From positions 248,001 to 290,952 of the forward strand of contig CT868004.1 in assembly GCA_000165425.1 (NCBI GenBank): DNA of 42,952 nucleotides, given 5' to 3'. The DNA comes from Paramecium tetraurelia (lineage: Eukaryota). Below, in pieces: positions 38,744 to 42,952 of this stretch. Position 1 is the first letter of the stretch. Every line of letters starts with the position of its first letter. The notes under the pieces were generated by a model. The model did no database searches, was not told the DNA's origin, and saw only the letters and a list, made by a program, of their open reading frames with translations. The position numbers and the translations under genes were made by a program.

Positions 38744-39733
38744 ATGTTATAAGAAGAATTCTCGTATTAACTTTAATCACACCTTTCCTATGATTTATAG
38801 CTATGCTTGGCAATTGCAATCAACCACAATAATTAATAATTAATTGCAAGTGAATAAAGTTTAATCAAACTCTTCCAATTCAAAGATGGTGTTTTGAAAT
38901 TATTGGGGGCTTTTAAAAACTCTGCTGATATCGTAACGCTTAATTATTTTAAGAAAAGATCAAACTTTATTTCAGGTTCATATGATTCATAGCTGACTAT
39001 TTGGTCTACTAACATTTAATCCTCAAAATATTTATTAAAATTAACTGGGTGCTCAGATAATATTAATTGTCTAGTCATTCACCCTAGCGAAGATCTAATA
39101 ATCTGCGGTTCCAATTGTATCCAATTTTGGTCTTAGGATTCTGAAATTGCAAAGCACTAATAATGGGTTAAGTTCTAAAATATAGGAAATCAAATAGAGA
39201 GATGTTTTGGATTATCACTAAATTAAAATGGAAATGAATTAGTGTCATGTGGAGAAGCTAGATAAATTCTAGTTATGAGTGGTTCAACTAAATAATAATG
39301 GAAAATTATTTAAACAATTAGTGTAGAATATTAGGGTTTTAGATTGACTTACATTTCCGATCGAGTATTCTCATTTCAACCTGAAAGATCAGATTTTCTG
39401 GAAATCTACTCTTTCAATTCGTTTTTCGGAAAATATAAGAAATATGATGATATCTAAGTCACTTTAGGTAGTAAATACTGTTATGAGTATTTTCCCTCTG
39501 TTTACAATCCTTCTAAGAAAATTATTCTATCAAAAAATGGTCAAAGTATAAATATTATCAATGTGTGTTCCTAATCAGATTAGTAAGAAAATATGAAGTT
39601 TAAATTACAACAAAGCATTTAATTTGGTACATCAAGTATATTTGGAACAATGAGTGATAATGGTGAATATTTAATCATTTGGGAATATGATATTGGCTAA
39701 ATTTAAATTAGAAAATATTTGGTGGTGAAATGA
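38744..39733 (+). CDS. WD40-repeat protein (propeller only, same family as 29325 and 31622), 329 aa, intronless
   Basis: MLQEEFSYQ..CLAIAINHNN..FISGSYDSQLTIW..INCLVIHPSEDLIICGS..YFPSVYNPSKKIILSKNG..FGTMSDNGEYLIIWE..IQIRKYLVVK-TGA; 990 nt in frame. Confidence 0.88.
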
Positions 39734-40005
39734 GTGATAGGATTAATATTGTTTGCATTTAACCCTTGGCAATCTTAATAATTTATTTTATATTAATGGA
39801 TTTTGTATTAAGAAGTTAATTTAAGTATAGGGTAAGTTAAATAGATTATTAAACTTAAGAATTGCATTATTAAGAATTCTTCTAATTCTTCGTTTAGATA
39901 AAATCTTATCATATATGTAATATCCAGTCATAATTGATAATTAAATTATGAATTGCCAGTCAATAATATATGATGTATCATAATCAGAAAAATAATGCTT
40001 GTAGT

Positions 40006-40545
40006 TCATGATGTTTGAAATCTAATAAAATTTTGAAATTATGACAGAGAAATTATAACAATTATCACAAATAAATTTATAATGTTTCCAATACATTTTA
40101 TTGTTAAATTAAATTGTAAACAGATTCTATAAGATAGATTTTTTTAGAATACACAATTAAAATTCTCATTACAAATCAGTTTTGGTTTTAGTTGATATAG
40201 TCCAAGCATGTATTTCACATTTGTTCTTTTTCAAAAACTTCTCTTTGTTGTCTTTTGTTAAAAACTATTCTAAGTTTGCAGATTCTAAAAGGTTTGTTTT
40301 TAAAGGCTAAAGAGTCAATTTCCTTTTTGTTTCTTTTAATCTTGAATGCTAACTAAAGGTAGAAGAATTCTTTATGCTACATCGGTTATTCGATCTCTTA
40401 CAAAGCTTATTTGAATAAATTTCAGAATCATTGATCCTGAATGCTTTAATTTAGAAGCTTTTTTTCTGAAGGATTGATGAATTTAGTTCCTTGTTTCAGT
40501 TATTATTGATTTAATTTCATCTCCGTAAGTACTAGTTTTGGCCAT
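40006..40545 (-). CDS. Hypothetical protein, ~179 aa
   Basis: Open frame MAKTSTYGDEIKSIITETRNQ... to TGA (540 nt). No domain recognised; the true 3' end is uncertain. Confidence 0.4.
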
Positions 40546-41136
40546 TATTATAATTTATGATTTTAAGAGAAGCTACACTATATTTAAAGTTTTATTTTAT
40601 CTAATTATGGTATAAGTGTTAAGAAAGTTTTGAATTAGCATGCAGAATCGATTTAAATGAATATATACATAATAAATTCTTATTTAACTAATTTTTTGAT
40701 TAAAGAAAATTTGAGTAATTTTCTATTAATAATTGAAACAACGTTTATTCTCTAATCACGCTTTACTAATTTAAAATTATATTGTATTTAAGCGAAAGCA
40801 GAATCATTAACATGATTCTGTTTGGAATTTTTATTTAATGGGTTTTGGTGCTACATAATGAAATGCAAGGAAAACGAAAAGAAATTAATAAATTTACATA
40901 AAACCATTATTAATTAATGTTTTACTTCAAAATTCCTTATCCCTTATAATTTAAACTGTTAAACAATTATCATCTTTGGATATCAAACAGAATCCTTTTG
41001 ATGATCACATTTTGTCTTCGTTTTACTATTTAAATATTGAATAAAGCAGATAATAATTTATTATTTATGTTACCCTTTTGAAGAGAAAAATATTTGGAGT
41101 GAAATAACCTGAAAATTTTTGGATTGCAAACAACCT

Positions 41137-41286
41137 NNNNNNNNNNNNNNNNNNNNNNNNNNNNNNNNNNNNNNNNNNNNNNNNNNNNNNNNNNNNNNNN
41201 NNNNNNNNNNNNNNNNNNNNNNNNNNNNNNNNNNNNNNNNNNNNNNNNNNNNNNNNNNNNNNNNNNNNNNNNNNNNNNNNNNNNNN
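41137..41286. other. Assembly gap (150 N)
   Basis: Run of n characters. Confidence 0.99.
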
Positions 41287-42680
41287 TCCTCATATTAAAT
41301 TATAAGGATAAACACAAATGTAGCTTTAATAGATTATTACTTATGAAGTATCTCAGCGCTTCTTTGGACTTCTCAGTAGAAATTATTATTAATCTTTATT
41401 GATCCAATTTATCAATAAGAAGAATTTAATTTATCATTAAATATGTAAAATTCTAGAACATTGCTTCTTTTAAAAATGTTTAATATCATTAGTGATATTT
41501 CAAAGTACACTGTCCTTAACCAAACAAAGTTTAGAAATTCTGATTTATAAGAAGAGTTTATATTTCAAAAATTTTAATGAATTGGTTAATATTTTATAAC
41601 TTTCTTATCTAAGATAACGATCAAAGTTTTGAAAATTATACATTTTTAACGATAGAACATTCTTATCTATCACAAAATGGAAAAAAAATAATATTTATTT
41701 ATTATATATGATAAAAGAATACGAGAGGGTTAAATTCATTTTCCCTCGTTTCGAGAAATTCATTATAATGGTAATGAGATAAATTAAGCATTAGGACTTT
41801 AATACTAAAATAGCATTGGAGGATTTGAAGTTTACATTCGTAAATGTTTTGAAGATTGATCTTTTTGCTCGAAAGCTAGCATTTTTTATTACTAAAGGTT
41901 TCAATTAAGTACAATTGGATTCCTAAAAGTCACTTTAAGGGCAGACAGCATTAAATAATTTAAACAAGGATAAAGCCCAAATTGAGATTGTTGTTAAATT
42001 TATAGATGAAGGAGCTTGATTGTATTGATATTTGACAGGGATGTAATTAGAGAACCTCATAAAATATTATATATTTTTATTGGATATATTATTAAGATAA
42101 ACATGTTTGAATTAAATTTAAATTATTTTTTTATGTTCTTACAGTTCTGATTGCTCTATATTATTCTGTCAAGCTTGTATCATCCCCACACTTCTAGGGG
42201 TTTAGCTTTAATAGATCTCAAGGAAACAATTTAAAATAGAGCCAAGATAATATCAATTTATAACCTAATAATTAAAAATATTATAATTCTCAATTTTGCA
42301 AGGCATAGTATTATGATCTACAATCATTTTATGTGAATGAGAATAGGCAGGGTTTTCTAATATCGCTACAGAATTTTTAATTTTTCACTAAAAGATCAAA
42401 ACACTATATTTAAGAGAAAGAATGAAGAGTTTTAATTTATTTATTGTAATACCTAAAGTTTTTTACTTTTCTAAACAAACCATAATTCAGAAATTGTATG
42501 TATAGTCTTCTGAAATGAATTATAATTTATTTTATATAATTGTAAGTTTAGAAATCTAATTTGATGGACAAGACTTTTCATATTAGATTAATAGATGAAG
42601 GCTAATATATAAATTGTAAAAAAAAAGTAGATTATTAATAACTCAAAAGTTTTTCATGAATAGTTAGTTTTATATTAATT

Positions 42681-42952
42681 ATGGATATTCGCCATCCATT
42701 TTACTAAAATTTATAGATTCAAAAAATTAAATTAAACTTTATTTGGAAGGGAGTCCCCGGATAACAGTTAATTTTCGGGAGCCTCGACACACAACTAAGG
42801 CACGCCTTGAATAAATGTGCCGGGACAAGGTCAGTTTCTTGTGACCACCATTAATGGCAATAACTTCAATGTGACAGAAATGGATCCTTATTGTGTGGAT
42901 TTAGAGAGGTTCCCACCATAGATGGATAAAGAAAACAGATGAAACTCGGACC
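42681..42952 (+). CDS. 5' part of a hypothetical protein, truncated by the window end
   Basis: MDIRHPFYQNLQIQKIKLNFIWKGVPGQQLIFGSLDTQLRHALNKCAGTRSVSCDHHQWQQLQCDRNGSLLCGFREVPTIDGQRKQMKLG.. is open to the edge. Noticeably more GC-rich than the flanks. Confidence 0.4.

Noticed and set aside
39590..39620. Apparent frameshift in the third WD40 gene
   Set aside because: On re-reading, atg aag ttt aaa tta caa is in frame and the gene is intact.
2132..41402. Most ORFs in the supplied track (e.g. 2132, 2276, 3505, 6997, 7295, 8880, 13556, 14186, 17987, 19292, 23362, 24029, 30488, 36649, 37430 and the X-filled ones)
   Set aside because: They are off-frame or antisense shadows of real genes, or span N gaps. 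The rest are fragments produced by treating TAA/TAG as stops.
1..42952. CRISPR arrays, rRNA, telomeric C4A2/C3A3 tracts, transposase or reverse-transcriptase genes
   Set aside because: None seen by eye on either strand. The DNA is eukaryotic ciliate sequence with no spaced direct-repeat array.

Overview
AT-rich eukaryotic DNA from a ciliate, almost certainly Paramecium. TAA/TAG read as Gln, TGA is the only stop, introns are 22-28 nt GT-AG, and intergenic gaps are very short. The supplied standard-code ORF track therefore fragments the real genes, so I re-translated by hand in the ciliate code. The left ~27 kb is gene-dense. It holds a tail-anchored protein, a P2C Na+/K+-type ATPase alpha subunit, an S1/P1 nuclease, a Mei2-like RRM protein, an HSF transcription factor, a degenerate pseudokinase, a large PAS-domain multi-pass membrane protein and a full-length (~2,900 aa) IP3R/RyR-type Ca2+-release channel. 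The right ~16 kb is sparser and largely intronless: an IFI6/IFI27(ISG12)-like gene, three paralogous WD40 genes carrying one, two or zero N-terminal zinc-finger/coiled-coil modules, a broken Cys-rich surface-protein gene, relic sequence and two 150-N gaps. Most notable: (1) the IP3R-like channel has lost most IP3 ligands, the GGG[IV]GD filter and the gate motif while keeping the full scaffold; (2) an IFI27-like gene sits beside B-box/coiled-coil/WD40 (TRIM-like) paralogs, a possible defence-type locus; (3) the P2C pump has a remodelled third Na+ site and an expanded Cys-containing M7-M8 loop. All alignments were done by eye from memory of the reference families and need computational confirmation.
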